35,013 bases of DNA from a virus. Its lineage: Duplodnaviria; Heunggongvirae; Uroviricota; Caudoviricetes. How positions within the stretch are numbered: the first letter of the stretch is position 1; each line of letters starts with the position of its first letter. Below are positions 25,889 to 34,628 of the stretch, piece after piece. A program made the position numbers and the translations under genes. Location of the stretch: positions 1 to 35,013 of the IMG/VR virus record IMGVR_UViG_2534681831_000020; one strand, given 5' to 3'. The notes below the pieces were generated by a model. The model saw only the letters and a program-made list of their open reading frames with translations, had not been told where the DNA came from and ran no database searches.

Positions 25889-26244
25889 TCACTTTCAATT
25901 TTGTAAATCTTCACGCCCAGCCGCCCACCAGAAACGAGCTGGCCGCGCACAATATTGATTTCATCAAACTGCTCGTCGTCTATGAGAAGTCCGGCATGCG
26001 TCAGCGCATCCAGTGGTGCTTTCAGGATATTGTCCAGGTCACGACGGCGCTTATCCGGTGGCTCTGCAATAATCTTTATCGCCAGCCTTCCGGACAGGTT
26101 TAATTTCAGCCGCTGCTGGCGAACAATAAGTGCCACATCCCGGCGATAACGCTCACCGGCTTTTGATACAAAATATGTGCTGCCACGACGTCGCCAGTAG
26201 GTGTTCACCGTCGGCGGGTAAGGCAAAACAAACTCTATACGCAT
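25885..26244 (-). CDS. rusA: Holliday junction resolvase RusA
   Basis: 119 aa, MRIEFVLPYPPTVNTYWRRRG...PPDKRRRDLDNILKAPLDALTHAGLLIDDEQ..., RusA motifs (catalytic DLDN). Confidence 0.8.
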   Translation of the reverse strand: MRIEFVLPYPPTVNTYWRRRGSTYFVSKAGERYRRDVALIVRQQRLKLNLSGRLAIKIIAEPPDKRRRDLDNILKAPLDALTHAGLLIDDEQFDEINIVRGQLVSGGRLGVKIYKIESE

Positions 26245-26256
26245 CAGTAACCTCTT

Positions 26257-27360
26257 TTACCCGAGCACGCCGGTTGCAAAGGCGTGATCAAGAAAACGAA
26301 AAATTAAATCAACCTGGGAACCATGCTTTTCTTCGAACGCCAGCGGATCCGCATGAAGCTCGTTGTGATGCTCCCGACACAGCGGTAGCGTGAAAATATC
26401 GTGGGATTTTGTTCCCATTCCGCCCTGACCATGACCAATCAGATGATGAGGATCGTCCGCTGGCTTACCACAACACGCACACGGCTGTGTCTTTACCCAG
26501 CGTGTGTATTTCTCATTTACCCAGCGGCGACGTTTAGGTCGTTTCATGAAGGATTCCGGAGACTCCGGATCAACGGCAATGCTGACCACCGTCTTTTCCT
26601 GTGGTGGGTTCTGTTGCTGGTGGGTGTGAGGCGGTAGCGCAATATTTTTTGTGCGCTGCTTCAGTATGCTGGTGGCGGTCTGTTCTCCCGGTATGATGTC
26701 GCTTTCACGGTATACGGAGCGGATTTTTTCCGCCGGTAATCCCAGAGAGCGACGCGATACTGCCTCAGGTAATGCGTCCACCACCTGATTGCAGACTGCC
26801 CACCAGGATAATTCAGCCAGCGATAATTCCCGCTCCTGCGTGCCATTCATTACATGGCGTATGACGTCAATCATCCAGGCTGTCAGATTTTGTTGAGTAA
26901 GTTGCTCAAGTGATTCGGAGGTCTGGTCGCGCAGCTGGTTGTCGCAGTGCCAGCACAACACCATTGCGCCAGCACCGTAACTGTGAATAACGGTTTCGCT
27001 GTGATGATAATCGCCGTGTGGCCACTGGCAGGATTTCACGTGACGTAATAACCAGTCAGACAGTGCACCAGCGCCGCCAGCTGCACGAATCACCCGCTCA
27101 TCGCTGAAAAATGGCAGCAGTGATTTATCTTCCGCCAGCGGCTGGCGAACAGCAGGAACCGCTCCAGATGGCAGCGCCCGCATGTTTTTCGGTTCCGGCT
27201 CCACCAGCACCCTGCCGCGATGAAAAACTGGCAATGATTCACGACCGGGCTTAAGGACCACCAGCCCGAGTTCCGGAACCAGAACAGGTCGAAGTAATAC
27301 CCGCACATTACCTCCAGACGCGCTGACGGTAGCAGGCATGTGTCCGTGGCAGATGTGCAC
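26257..27360 (-). CDS. DUF968-family protein with C-terminal Cys/His HNH-like motif; start uncertain (an internal start near 27183 would avoid overlap with the upstream ORF)
   Basis: C-terminus ...RWVKTQPCACCGKPADDPHHLIGHGQGGMGTKSHDIFTLPLCREHHNELH; this frame is closed upstream of 27390; positional equivalent of ydfU upstream of Q in the K-12 Qin prophage (recalled). Confidence 0.5.
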   Translation of the reverse strand: MHICHGHMPATVSASGGNVRVLLRPVLVPELGLVVLKPGRESLPVFHRGRVLVEPEPKNMRALPSGAVPAVRQPLAEDKSLLPFFSDERVIRAAGGAGALSDWLLRHVKSCQWPHGDYHHSETVIHSYGAGAMVLCWHCDNQLRDQTSESLEQLTQQNLTAWMIDVIRHVMNGTQERELSLAELSWWAVCNQVVDALPEAVSRRSLGLPAEKIRSVYRESDIIPGEQTATSILKQRTKNIALPPHTHQQQNPPQEKTVVSIAVDPESPESFMKRPKRRRWVNEKYTRWVKTQPCACCGKPADDPHHLIGHGQGGMGTKSHDIFTLPLCREHHNELHADPLAFEEKHGSQVDLIFRFLDHAFATGVLG

Positions 27361-27580
27361 GAACAGGAAGATATACAGAAACGGTCCAGGTCAGACGATC
27401 AGCGTTCAGACTCCGCTCCACACGGACACCGCGACGCAGATACGCCTCTTGAAGCATATCTGCCTCATCGATCGTACAGAACAGATAGTGAAACCAGCCA
27501 TACTGAGGCGCACGAAAACGCCTCCCCTGCTTAATTTCCGGGTCGGCTTCAGAATTGTGGGATTTTATGTGTTGTGTCAT
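27308..27580 (-). CDS. hypothetical small protein (Rem-like by position)
   Basis: 90-aa ORF between the hok-type toxin region and the DUF968 gene; overlaps the DUF968 ORF by 53 nt. Confidence 0.3.
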   Translation of the reverse strand: MTQHIKSHNSEADPEIKQGRRFRAPQYGWFHYLFCTIDEADMLQEAYLRRGVRVERSLNADRLTWTVSVYLPVRAHLPRTHACYRQRVWR

Positions 27581-27654
27581 CGGATTCTCCGGTGACAGCA
27601 GGTGTCAGTTGTTCAGGCTGACTGCGCGAATTGTAAGGCAATACGCCGGAATGT

Positions 27655-27686
27655 ACAAACAGAAAACCCGTCAGTAAGACGGGCTT
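27655..27686 (-). terminator. intrinsic terminator downstream of the YgiW-like gene
   Basis: Minus strand: aaGCCCGTCttactGACGGGCttttctgttt, a 7-bp stem with T-rich tail about 20 nt after the stop. Confidence 0.5.
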
Positions 27687-27701
27687 AACAAGCAGGGGCG
27701 G

Positions 27702-28046
27702 TTACTTTAATAATTTCAGTGCCTTTACATCAACTTCAACACTGCTCAGGTCTTTATCAATTTCACCCTCAATTCTTACTTTGTCTTTCGGAGAAACATT
27801 CTGCCCGGCCCATACGCTGTCATCAATATCCGTGACAATTGTCCCGCTATTGTCACGAAACTCATAACGTTCATCACCCACTTTTTTAACGATGCTCCCT
27901 TCAAGGATAACCCATGCATCATCCTTCAGTTCTTTTGCCTGCGCTACTGTTGAACGCTCTGCTTCTGGCCCCTGGAAACCACCCTGCTGTGCAAAAGCGC
28001 CAAAAGACACACCGGAAATAAGTGCTGCAATCAATACCTTTTTCAT
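27702..28046 (-). CDS. YgiW/YdeI (BOF) family periplasmic OB-fold protein (moron)
   Basis: 114 aa with signal peptide MKKVLIAALISGVSFGAFAQQ and GGFQGP...TVAQAKELKDDAWVILEGSIVKKVGDERYEFRDNSGTIVTDID...VRIEGEIDKD, resembling E. coli YgiW. Confidence 0.7.
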   Translation of the reverse strand: MKKVLIAALISGVSFGAFAQQGGFQGPEAERSTVAQAKELKDDAWVILEGSIVKKVGDERYEFRDNSGTIVTDIDDSVWAGQNVSPKDKVRIEGEIDKDLSSVEVDVKALKLLK

Positions 28047-28165
28047 TCATAGTCCTCTTTCAGAGATGAACATTCAAACAGCATTTTCAGTATGGTAAAG
28101 CGCGGGTGCGTTGAGGATGCCTGACACATCAGAGGTGGCGGGAGATTACTCCCCCGCCTGGTCTC

Positions 28166-28321
28166 TTACTTCTCAGATTCGTAGTCTACGAAGACAGCGA
28201 CCTCCGTCTGACCGGTTCGGATTCGCACCTCGCAGAGGTCTTTCCTCGTTACCAGTGCCGTCACTATGACGGTTAAACAGATGACGATCAGGGCGATTAA
28301 CATCGCCTTTTGCTGCTTCAT
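28166..28321 (-). CDS. hok: Hok/Gef-family type I toxin (51 aa)
   Basis: MKQQKAMLIALIVICLTVIVTALVTRKDLCEVRIRTGQTEVAVF..., near-identical over most of its length to HokD/RelF as I recall it; an upstream in-frame extension (track ORF start 28378) is Mok-like. Confidence 0.8.
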   Translation of the reverse strand: MKQQKAMLIALIVICLTVIVTALVTRKDLCEVRIRTGQTEVAVFVDYESEK

Positions 28322-28611
28322 AGCCTGCTTCTCCTTGCCTTTCGGCACGTAAGAGGCTAACCTACATGTGTTCAGCATGGATTGAGCCTCAGATTAATGT
28401 TAAGCGTCTTGCAGGACGCGTAATGTTAACTGGGGCTTTTCTCTATCTGCCGTTGGTGTTCATGCCCGAGGCAGATAGCCTCAAGCACCCGCTGCAATTC
28501 TACTTAACTATCCTTTTCCCGCAAACCGTTTTTATCCCCAGCGGCAAATCGAATACTCCACCAGCGCCACCGCCATCGCAATTCCTACCGTTGTGAATGC
28601 TTCAGGCCAGG

Positions 28612-29169
28612 TCATTGATTCACCTCCTGCGGCGGTTCTGGTAGCGACATCCAGTGGGTTGCTTGCCTAAGAGCATTACCCGGACTAACTGCTATACCTC
28701 CGCGCCGGAACGTGCCTCCGAGATAGCGTGCGGAATATATTAATGGCCCAGCCTCGCTATCGATATTCATCGAAATAAGCACGTTCTGGCTCTTTTCAGG
28801 CATTCGCTCAGTACAGCTTATCCAGCCATCCAGAGTTATCGGAGATCTGGTTGACGTTTCCGAGATTTCCCGAAAATTGTTGGTTGACGAATTCTTATTT
28901 TCCCGAAAGTTTCCGGCCTGAAGCATGGCGACGCGGCAGGCGTTCCAGCCATCAGCATATGTTTTAGTTACACCGTCGAGATGGCAGGTAAGCAAATCCA
29001 TTTCATCAGGCACTACCATTGCTATCGGCTCTGCTTCCAGTGATGCCAGCGCGATACGAAACACATTAGCCAGCAGGCTGTCTGAAGACTTGTTATCGTG
29101 CGCCGAGTCGCTCAGGAAGCCTGTGATGTATGATTTAATCTCCGCGCGTTCTCTGGTAATAGTGCTCAT
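28612..29169 (-). CDS. DUF551-family protein
   Basis: 185 aa; C-terminal ...WISCTERMPEKSQNVLI...THWMSLPEPPQ resembles the DUF551 signature of enterobacterial prophages (recalled). Confidence 0.45.
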   Translation of the reverse strand: MSTITRERAEIKSYITGFLSDSAHDNKSSDSLLANVFRIALASLEAEPIAMVVPDEMDLLTCHLDGVTKTYADGWNACRVAMLQAGNFRENKNSSTNNFREISETSTRSPITLDGWISCTERMPEKSQNVLISMNIDSEAGPLIYSARYLGGTFRRGGIAVSPGNALRQATHWMSLPEPPQEVNQ

Positions 29170-29170
29170 A

Positions 29171-29389
29171 TCAGTTTTCCTTATACGGATTAATTTTATT
29201 GTGCAGTGCGCTGAATGATTCCCATGTCACATCGGTATATAGCTCAATAACTGGTTCAAATGTCCTTCCAATTATCCAGACCAGTAATAGCGGGGATATC
29301 GGTATCATCAACACTATAAACAGAATGAAAAACAGAAACTCTGTTGTTCTGCTCTTTCGTGGGTAATTTTTTTCTAAATAATGTTTCAT
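29171..29389 (-). CDS. hypothetical small membrane protein
   Basis: 72 aa with one strongly hydrophobic helix FLFFILFIVLMIPISPLLLVWIIG; AT-rich. Confidence 0.3.
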   Translation of the reverse strand: MKHYLEKNYPRKSRTTEFLFFILFIVLMIPISPLLLVWIIGRTFEPVIELYTDVTWESFSALHNKINPYKEN

Positions 29390-29516
29390 TTCTTACCGCC
29401 CTTTCGGGCGGCCTCCTGATGTTCTGAGGGTGCAGGAATCCCTCCGGTTAAGGATTTAATAAAAATCGTTTCTGATTTAAATCTTCAGTATTTAGTTGTT
29501 AGTTGGTTTATCGCCT

Positions 29517-29828
29517 TTATGCTTCAGCCTTATTTCGCAACCAGACACAAACCGGGCCATCTTCCGTATCATGAATGGAACCAATAAACCAGCCATCGCC
29601 CTCTGGTCGTTCCGGTTCCCATGCAGAAATATCAGCATCACACGCATCAAGGTCAGCACATCCTTCATCTCTGAAGCAGAGGACGTATTGAAGATTATTT
29701 TCCTCCATCCAGGCGTTAAACTCTTCCGTTGAAATATATTCCCGACCATCACAGAATTTTTCATATTCAGGATGTGTCCAGTAGCCATATCCGTCACGAA
29801 CTACCGGCATTTCTTTAATTTTACTCAC
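29517..29828 (-). CDS. hypothetical acidic Cys-containing protein
   Basis: 103-aa ORF, MSKIKEMPVVRDGYGYWTHPEYEKFCDGREYI...; no family assigned. Confidence 0.35.
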   Translation of the reverse strand: MSKIKEMPVVRDGYGYWTHPEYEKFCDGREYISTEEFNAWMEENNLQYVLCFRDEGCADLDACDADISAWEPERPEGDGWFIGSIHDTEDGPVCVWLRNKAEA

Positions 29829-30048
29829 TGTTAACCTCCTGCAACGCTACACGATACGCCTTCTTTATCCACGCCTTACTGCCATATAATTTCGTCTTCA
29901 TAATAAACACACCTGCACGACTCGCCGATATCCCCGGACAGGTTAACAGCACAGCATCCACCACACGGTTATGCTTCCGAAACTCCATTACAGTACTGCT
30001 GATAACCACCTGCCCCACCGGGCCGTAATCCTGATACAGGATTTTCAC
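29821..30048 (-). CDS. hypothetical protein
   Basis: 75-aa ORF, translationally coupled to its neighbours. Confidence 0.3.
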   Translation of the reverse strand: MKILYQDYGPVGQVVISSTVMEFRKHNRVVDAVLLTCPGISASRAGVFIMKTKLYGSKAWIKKAYRVALQEVNSE

Positions 30049-30329
30049 GCAGACACCCTCCTGTCGAAATAAACGTAGTTATTCACTATGCGCAGCGGCA
30101 TGCCTAATTTTCTGGCAATTTCCCTTCTTTGCATGCCTCTCTGATGCAGTTGCCGCGCCAGCTCAATATCACGCTGAGAATATTTTGCCGACGGGTGAAA
30201 ATCACCACGTAACATCATGCTGATGCCCAGCTCCCGTGCCTTCGTTCTCACTGCCGCTTCAGTTCGTCCGATAAGTGCGCCAACGCTTTTTACCTTCATC
30301 GTTCCCGCACACTGCCGGAGTATCATGAT
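30045..30329 (-). CDS. hypothetical helix-turn-helix protein (start set at internal MILRQ; track ORF extends to 30449)
   Basis: Two HTH-like segments (GRTEAAVRTKARELGIS and QRGMQRREIARKLGMPLRIV). Confidence 0.35.
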   Translation of the reverse strand: MMILRQCAGTMKVKSVGALIGRTEAAVRTKARELGISMMLRGDFHPSAKYSQRDIELARQLHQRGMQRREIARKLGMPLRIVNNYVYFDRRVSA

Positions 30330-30358
30330 TTCCGCCCGGCACCACGTCTTCCACCCAC

Positions 30359-31093
30359 TCACCGCTGCTGTTCTCTGGTGGCGGTAATATCCCGGAGAAT
30401 ATCCCGGCACTTGTTCAGCTCCCGCAGCGCGGCGCAGACTCGCTCCCACTTCTGAACCTGACCTTTTGCCCGGCGCAGCTCGCGGTTAGCCACATGCAGC
30501 GATGGTAAAATCAGACCATCCGGATGCTTTCTGGTGAACGACGGCTGTGACTGCACTGTGACCGCCACACTTTCCGTTTTTATTTCTTCCTGTGTTTCCG
30601 CTTCCCCGACTGGTAACGCAACACCTGCTGGCTGAGGAAAGGCTTTACCATCCGTTTCCGCTATGGATGCGGCTTTCGGCTCTGCCGGTAAATCAGCGCC
30701 CGGTATGCAGTACCGAAATTTACCGCCCTGATTCACGCGAATCAGACGCCCTTTGCTGATTGCCATGGCCAGTGATGAATTCGCCCGGCGGGAGGTAATC
30801 CCGAACATCAGGGCCAGCTCATCCGCCGTTTGTGGGCCATGATGTTCAATCGCCTCAGTCAGCATTTGCGCTGTCACTTTCGGTACCGGTGACACTGGTT
30901 CACTTTCACCAGCCTGAATCAGCCACCACATCGAACCCTTGTTATCCGCTTCACCACGGCGCTTCAGTTTCCACAGTTCGTTGACAGCATCTTCGCGGCT
31001 GATTCCAAGGCGCGATGCCACTACCTGTGAAGAGGCTTTTTTCAGTGCTTTCAGTGCGTCAAATACAGTTTCCATTAAAACGTCCTCCAACAA
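30359..31093 (-). CDS. hypothetical protein with N-terminal winged-helix-like domain
   Basis: 244-aa ORF; N-terminal ...[26 protein letters not shown]...; located just downstream of the replication genes. Confidence 0.4.
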   Translation of the reverse strand: MLEDVLMETVFDALKALKKASSQVVASRLGISREDAVNELWKLKRRGEADNKGSMWWLIQAGESEPVSPVPKVTAQMLTEAIEHHGPQTADELALMFGITSRRANSSLAMAISKGRLIRVNQGGKFRYCIPGADLPAEPKAASIAETDGKAFPQPAGVALPVGEAETQEEIKTESVAVTVQSQPSFTRKHPDGLILPSLHVANRELRRAKGQVQKWERVCAALRELNKCRDILRDITATREQQR

Positions 31094-31096
31094 AAA

Positions 31097-31843
31097 TTAC
31101 TTCACAACCCTCTGATTGCTGACATTTGGACGCCAGCTATCCCAGTTAAACGTCACCCACCGACCACCGTTCATGGTCATGCGGTCCATAATCCTCTCAC
31201 CAAGAAGCGTGCTCATTGCGGCATGATTCAGGTTTGTTAACATCCCGACACTGCACAGTGATGCTGTCCGGCGATCAATTATCTGGTGTAATACCACCTG
31301 CTCGTTTTTCGTCTCCCGCTGAACGCCTATTTCATCCAGGACCAGCAAATCAACACTGCAAAGCTCCTGTAAAAATTTTTCCCCGGATTTGCCGTTGTCG
31401 TAGCTGTCATGCAACACGCTCATGACATCAGACACGGTGACGATAATCACGCTGCGCCCCTTCGCCATCAGCCGGTTACCCATCGCCGCTGCAAGGTGAT
31501 TTTTCCCGGTGCCGGTTTTACCGCTGAACACAAAATTCGTGCACCCGGTCATCAGTTCGTCAGCTATGGATTTGGCCTGGCTCAGCGCGTATTTTTGCCC
31601 GTCGTTCTGCACCTGATAATTCGCAAACGAGCATTTGCTGTGCAGAGGCTGGATGCCCGAACGATTCAGGATTTTTTCCACCCGCAACTGGTGATTCTGG
31701 CGGTTAATCTCCTCGCTGCGTTTTCGTCCTTCAACAAGTTGCCATTCCCGCCACTCCTCCACCGTCCGGTACGGTGGAACCGACGCCTGTGGTGCAAGTC
31801 TGCGAATACGTTCAAGAACCCCGGCTGCCGCAATGTTTTTCAT
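31097..31843 (-). CDS. replicative helicase loader, DnaC-like AAA+ ATPase (functional analogue of lambda P)
   Basis: 248 aa with Walker A FSGKTGTGKNHLAAA and Walker B LLVLDEIG; overall DnaC/IstB-like. Confidence 0.8.
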   Translation of the reverse strand: MKNIAAAGVLERIRRLAPQASVPPYRTVEEWREWQLVEGRKRSEEINRQNHQLRVEKILNRSGIQPLHSKCSFANYQVQNDGQKYALSQAKSIADELMTGCTNFVFSGKTGTGKNHLAAAMGNRLMAKGRSVIIVTVSDVMSVLHDSYDNGKSGEKFLQELCSVDLLVLDEIGVQRETKNEQVVLHQIIDRRTASLCSVGMLTNLNHAAMSTLLGERIMDRMTMNGGRWVTFNWDSWRPNVSNQRVVK

Positions 31844-31849
31844 GCCACA

Positions 31850-32926
31850 TCACCCCCTGAATCCCGGCGGAATTTCGGTATCCGGTTCAGAAATATGATT
31901 CACACAACGCTGGTTGTTCGTGCCGCTTACCGGGAGCAACCAGGGGTTCTCAAAATTCCGGTCCGGTCCAAAAAACGTCGTCGCTCGCTGAACAAATTCC
32001 GTTCCCGTTTTCCCGGTAGCCGCCAAGTATCTTGCGTAACGCCTCACGCCATCCAGCATGGCCTCTGGTGGCACCCCCTCGCGTAATCTGGCCTTCCAGG
32101 CACTGAAAGCGGATTTCTTCGGGTTTGCCCCAGCACGCAACGGGTATTCCCGCCAGACCTGTTCGAACACATCCGGATAATCCACTCGTCCCACAGGCTG
32201 CCCGGTGTTTTCCGGGACTACCCGATCGGCTTCCCGCTGAATGGCGGAATCGGCTTCAGGCTGCTGCAGTTGGTGTGATTGCTCCGGCCTTGCGGTCATC
32301 ACCTGCTGCACAGCGCCCGAATCGGCTTTCAGCGCATACGCTGAATCGGCTTCCGGTGTCGTGCCTGCTGGCTGACCAGGATTGACGGTCTGAACATCCC
32401 CTGCCTGGTTCGTGGCGTTTTTTACGCCATGGACCATAGTGTTTTGATCTTCTTGATCTGTATCTTTATCTGTATCTTTATCTGTCGTGACTCGTCGTGA
32501 CATGTGCGTGACATTTCGTGACGCGCCGTGACAATCGCCATTTTGTTCCCGCTTTCTTTCCCTCTCTCGCTGCGCCCTCTTGCGCTCTGCAGGAGATTTT
32601 GCGGTTTGCGAAATATTGCCGTTGTCCTCTTTAAGCACCTGGCGTTTTTCCCATCCAGTGATTAAATCACCATCAAGTACCCGCCCCTGCATCGTCTGCA
32701 AAATTGAATCAATTACCTCTTCTGTCACGTCGAGCGCACTTGCCAAATCTTCTGTCGTGACATCAATGTGACCTCGCGTGACATTTCGTGACGCGCTCAC
32801 CAGGAGGTGGATATACACTGCCATCACTGTTGCAATTGGCTGCCCTGACACCCTGGCAATTGTTCGCCACTTAGGGTCATTTGGCATGTCATGCCATAAT
32901 CTGAGCCAGGCGTTAGCCATACTCAC
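31850..32926 (-). CDS. replication initiator protein (functional analogue of lambda O) containing the origin iterons
   Basis: 358 aa; N-terminal DNA-binding-like domain, low-complexity DKDTDKDTD linker encoded by an AT-rich tract, and two clusters of CGTGAC iterons inside the gene; directly upstream of the DnaC-like gene. Confidence 0.6.
   Translation of the reverse strand: MSMANAWLRLWHDMPNDPKWRTIARVSGQPIATVMAVYIHLLVSASRNVTRGHIDVTTEDLASALDVTEEVIDSILQTMQGRVLDGDLITGWEKRQVLKEDNGNISQTAKSPAERKRAQRERERKREQNGDCHGASRNVTHMSRRVTTDKDTDKDTDQEDQNTMVHGVKNATNQAGDVQTVNPGQPAGTTPEADSAYALKADSGAVQQVMTARPEQSHQLQQPEADSAIQREADRVVPENTGQPVGRVDYPDVFEQVWREYPLRAGANPKKSAFSAWKARLREGVPPEAMLDGVRRYARYLAATGKTGTEFVQRATTFFGPDRNFENPWLLPVSGTNNQRCVNHISEPDTEIPPGFRG
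32440..32815. repeat. candidate origin of replication: AT-rich tract plus two clusters of (T/G/C)CGTGAC iterons
   Basis: Five CGTGAC copies at about 10-bp spacing (32485..32532), four more and one inverted copy (32744..32812), the 18-mer cgtgacatttcgtgacgcgc present in both clusters, and an adjacent tatctttatctgtatctttatctg AT-rich tract. Confidence 0.5.
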
Positions 32927-33032
32927 CTCTTCTGATACCGAATCTTTTTACTCACGAGTTGCCGGAAGCGATTCGATACGGCTATTGTCAGTCAATGTAC
33001 TGCCACAGCATTTCCTGCCGGGCCACCACGGT

Positions 33033-33416
33033 TCATCTGATTGAAACCGGCGATTGCCACTGCGCAAAATCATCAGCGTCTCTCACCAGTCGCTCCCGCG
33101 TCTCCACCAGCTCCCGAAAATAAGCTGAACTGTGGCTGCGCATTCTGGCCACCAGCAAAGGTGGCATTGCCTTTTCGATCGCTGGTAACAACGCCTGAAT
33201 TTTTTCAACTGCATCAGGGGTGTCTTTCTCTACCCAGCGGAAAATTTTCTGGGTATTGCGAGCCAGGGCTTCCGGATGGCTGTCGTCATACAGTTCAGGA
33301 AACGTCATACCCAACTCAAAATAAGCCTGGGTTATTCCAGCTGCTGGAACTTTTTCGCCATCAGGACGCGCCCAGGCATTCATCGCCATGCGGATGTGTT
33401 CATGCTTGATTTTCAT
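33033..33416 (-). CDS. YdaT-like protein (cII-position gene of Rac-type immunity regions)
   Basis: 127-aa ORF immediately downstream of and overlapping the Cro/YdaS-like gene; assigned by position and Rac-like context. Confidence 0.4.
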   Translation of the reverse strand: MKIKHEHIRMAMNAWARPDGEKVPAAGITQAYFELGMTFPELYDDSHPEALARNTQKIFRWVEKDTPDAVEKIQALLPAIEKAMPPLLVARMRSHSSAYFRELVETRERLVRDADDFAQWQSPVSIR

Positions 33417-33681
33417 GAATCAAGCTCCTAGTAAGTGGTTGTGTTAACGTTTTGGTATCTTCCAGCTCGGGCCAAATATTCATCCAATCAAAAGGCCTTA
33501 GTTGCTGACGTGTAACTTCACCATTACTGGCTCGCTCAATAAGGACACATAACGATGCCCCTAACATTTGACCTTTACTCAATGCCTTTCTTAGATAACC
33601 GATGCTAGTACCACACTCACATGCAAACATACGCTGTTCATCTGACGAAAGAGAATTGAGAAATATTCTTAATTCTTCCAT
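33400..33681 (-). CDS. Cro/YdaS-like transcriptional regulator
   Basis: 93 aa, ...CGTSIGYLRKALSKGQMLGASLCVLIERASNGEVTRQQLRPFDW...; AGGAG Shine-Dalgarno 6 nt upstream; divergent from the repressor gene. Confidence 0.6.
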   Translation of the reverse strand: MEELRIFLNSLSSDEQRMFACECGTSIGYLRKALSKGQMLGASLCVLIERASNGEVTRQQLRPFDWMNIWPELEDTKTLTQPLTRSLIHENQA

Positions 33682-33684
33682 AGC

Positions 33685-33780
33685 TACTCCTTAGTAAACA
33701 CAGCAAGAATACCCACAGGTAAACAAAAGTCAATACCCTTGGGTTGTTTACCTTGCGGTAATCGCATCTATTATTTACCT
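33685..33780. promoter_or_regulatory. divergent promoter/operator region between the cro-like and repressor genes
   Basis: Three GTAAACA half-sites (two direct, one inverted, forming GGTAAACAA-N18-TTGTTTACC) and a repeated AATACCC(A/T) motif in the 100-bp intergenic region. Confidence 0.4.
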
Positions 33781-34199
33781 ATGGACAAATATGAATTTAG
33801 ACGACAACAACTCATCAAAATTCGTGATGAGAAATGCGATGGTAAAGCGGTTAACGTGGCCAGAAAGATCGGTCGCGAGCCTTCTTATGTATCAAGAATG
33901 TTGTACCCAGAGGGGAAAAAAGGAAAAAACGGATCGCTGATGATATGGTGGAGATTATAGAAGAGTCCTTTGGGTTACCCCGGGGATGGATGGATGGTAT
34001 CGTTTCATCATCAACGAACACAGCCTCCAATTATGAAACAAGGGTTCTAACGCCACGACAACGTATTTTTTTAGATCTCTTAGACGAACTGCCAGAAAGT
34101 GAAGCGGATAACTTATTAAAAACTCTTGAAGAGAAAAAACAGTATTACAATATGATCTACGAAGAAATCCGTAAAAAGAAAGCACAAAACGCATCATAA
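33781..34199 (+). CDS. DicA/RacR-like prophage repressor; frame interrupted by a 1-nt difference in an A-run (33916..33929)
   Basis: N-terminal HTH (MDKYEFRRQQLIKIRDEKCDGKAVNVARKIGREPSYVSRM, track ORF 33739..33960) continues in the next frame (...KRIADDMVEIIEESFGLPRGWMD...LTPRQRIFLDLLDELPESEADNLLKTLEE, track ORF 33945..34199); the C-terminal LPESE motif resembles DicA. Confidence 0.55.
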
Positions 34200-34383
34200 C
34201 TCACCAAACAACCAGTCACCAGTTAAGACACATCAAAAAATTACCCATGGGTATTTACTTTTTAAATACCCATAGGTATCCTTCCTTTCATACCAACCCA
34301 CCCCGTCCCACAGAACGCAGGGCAATACTTCGAGTTACCAGGCAGTGGTCAGGGGGTAAGTAGCCAGCCCGAGGCGTAAGAAC

Positions 34384-34617
34384 ATGACGGCAGGGTTCAA
34401 CTTTAATAACTATGCAGCAGGTTTTTGTTCCGCTACCCCGGCGTTAAGGGGAAATGAGGTCAGCATGGATACTATCGATCTTGGCAACAGCGAATCTCTG
34501 GTATGCGGCGTGTTTCCCAACCAGGACGGTACGTTTACCGCGATGACGTATACCAAAAGTAAAACGTTTAAAACCGAAGCTGGCGCGCATCGCTGGTTAG
34601 CAAGAAACTCCGACTGA
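34384..34617 (+). CDS. hypothetical small protein (likely shorter; internal start MDTIDLG...)
   Basis: ORF downstream of the repressor on the same strand. Confidence 0.25.
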   Translation: MTAGFNFNNYAAGFCSATPALRGNEVSMDTIDLGNSESLVCGVFPNQDGTFTAMTYTKSKTFKTEAGAHRWLARNSD

Positions 34618-34628
34618 TGAGGTTGACG

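Noticed and set aside
28366-28596. 76-aa plus-strand ORF overlapping the hok leader
   Set aside because: Proline-rich, low-complexity translation; the region upstream of hok is expected to encode the leader and antisense RNA, not a protein.
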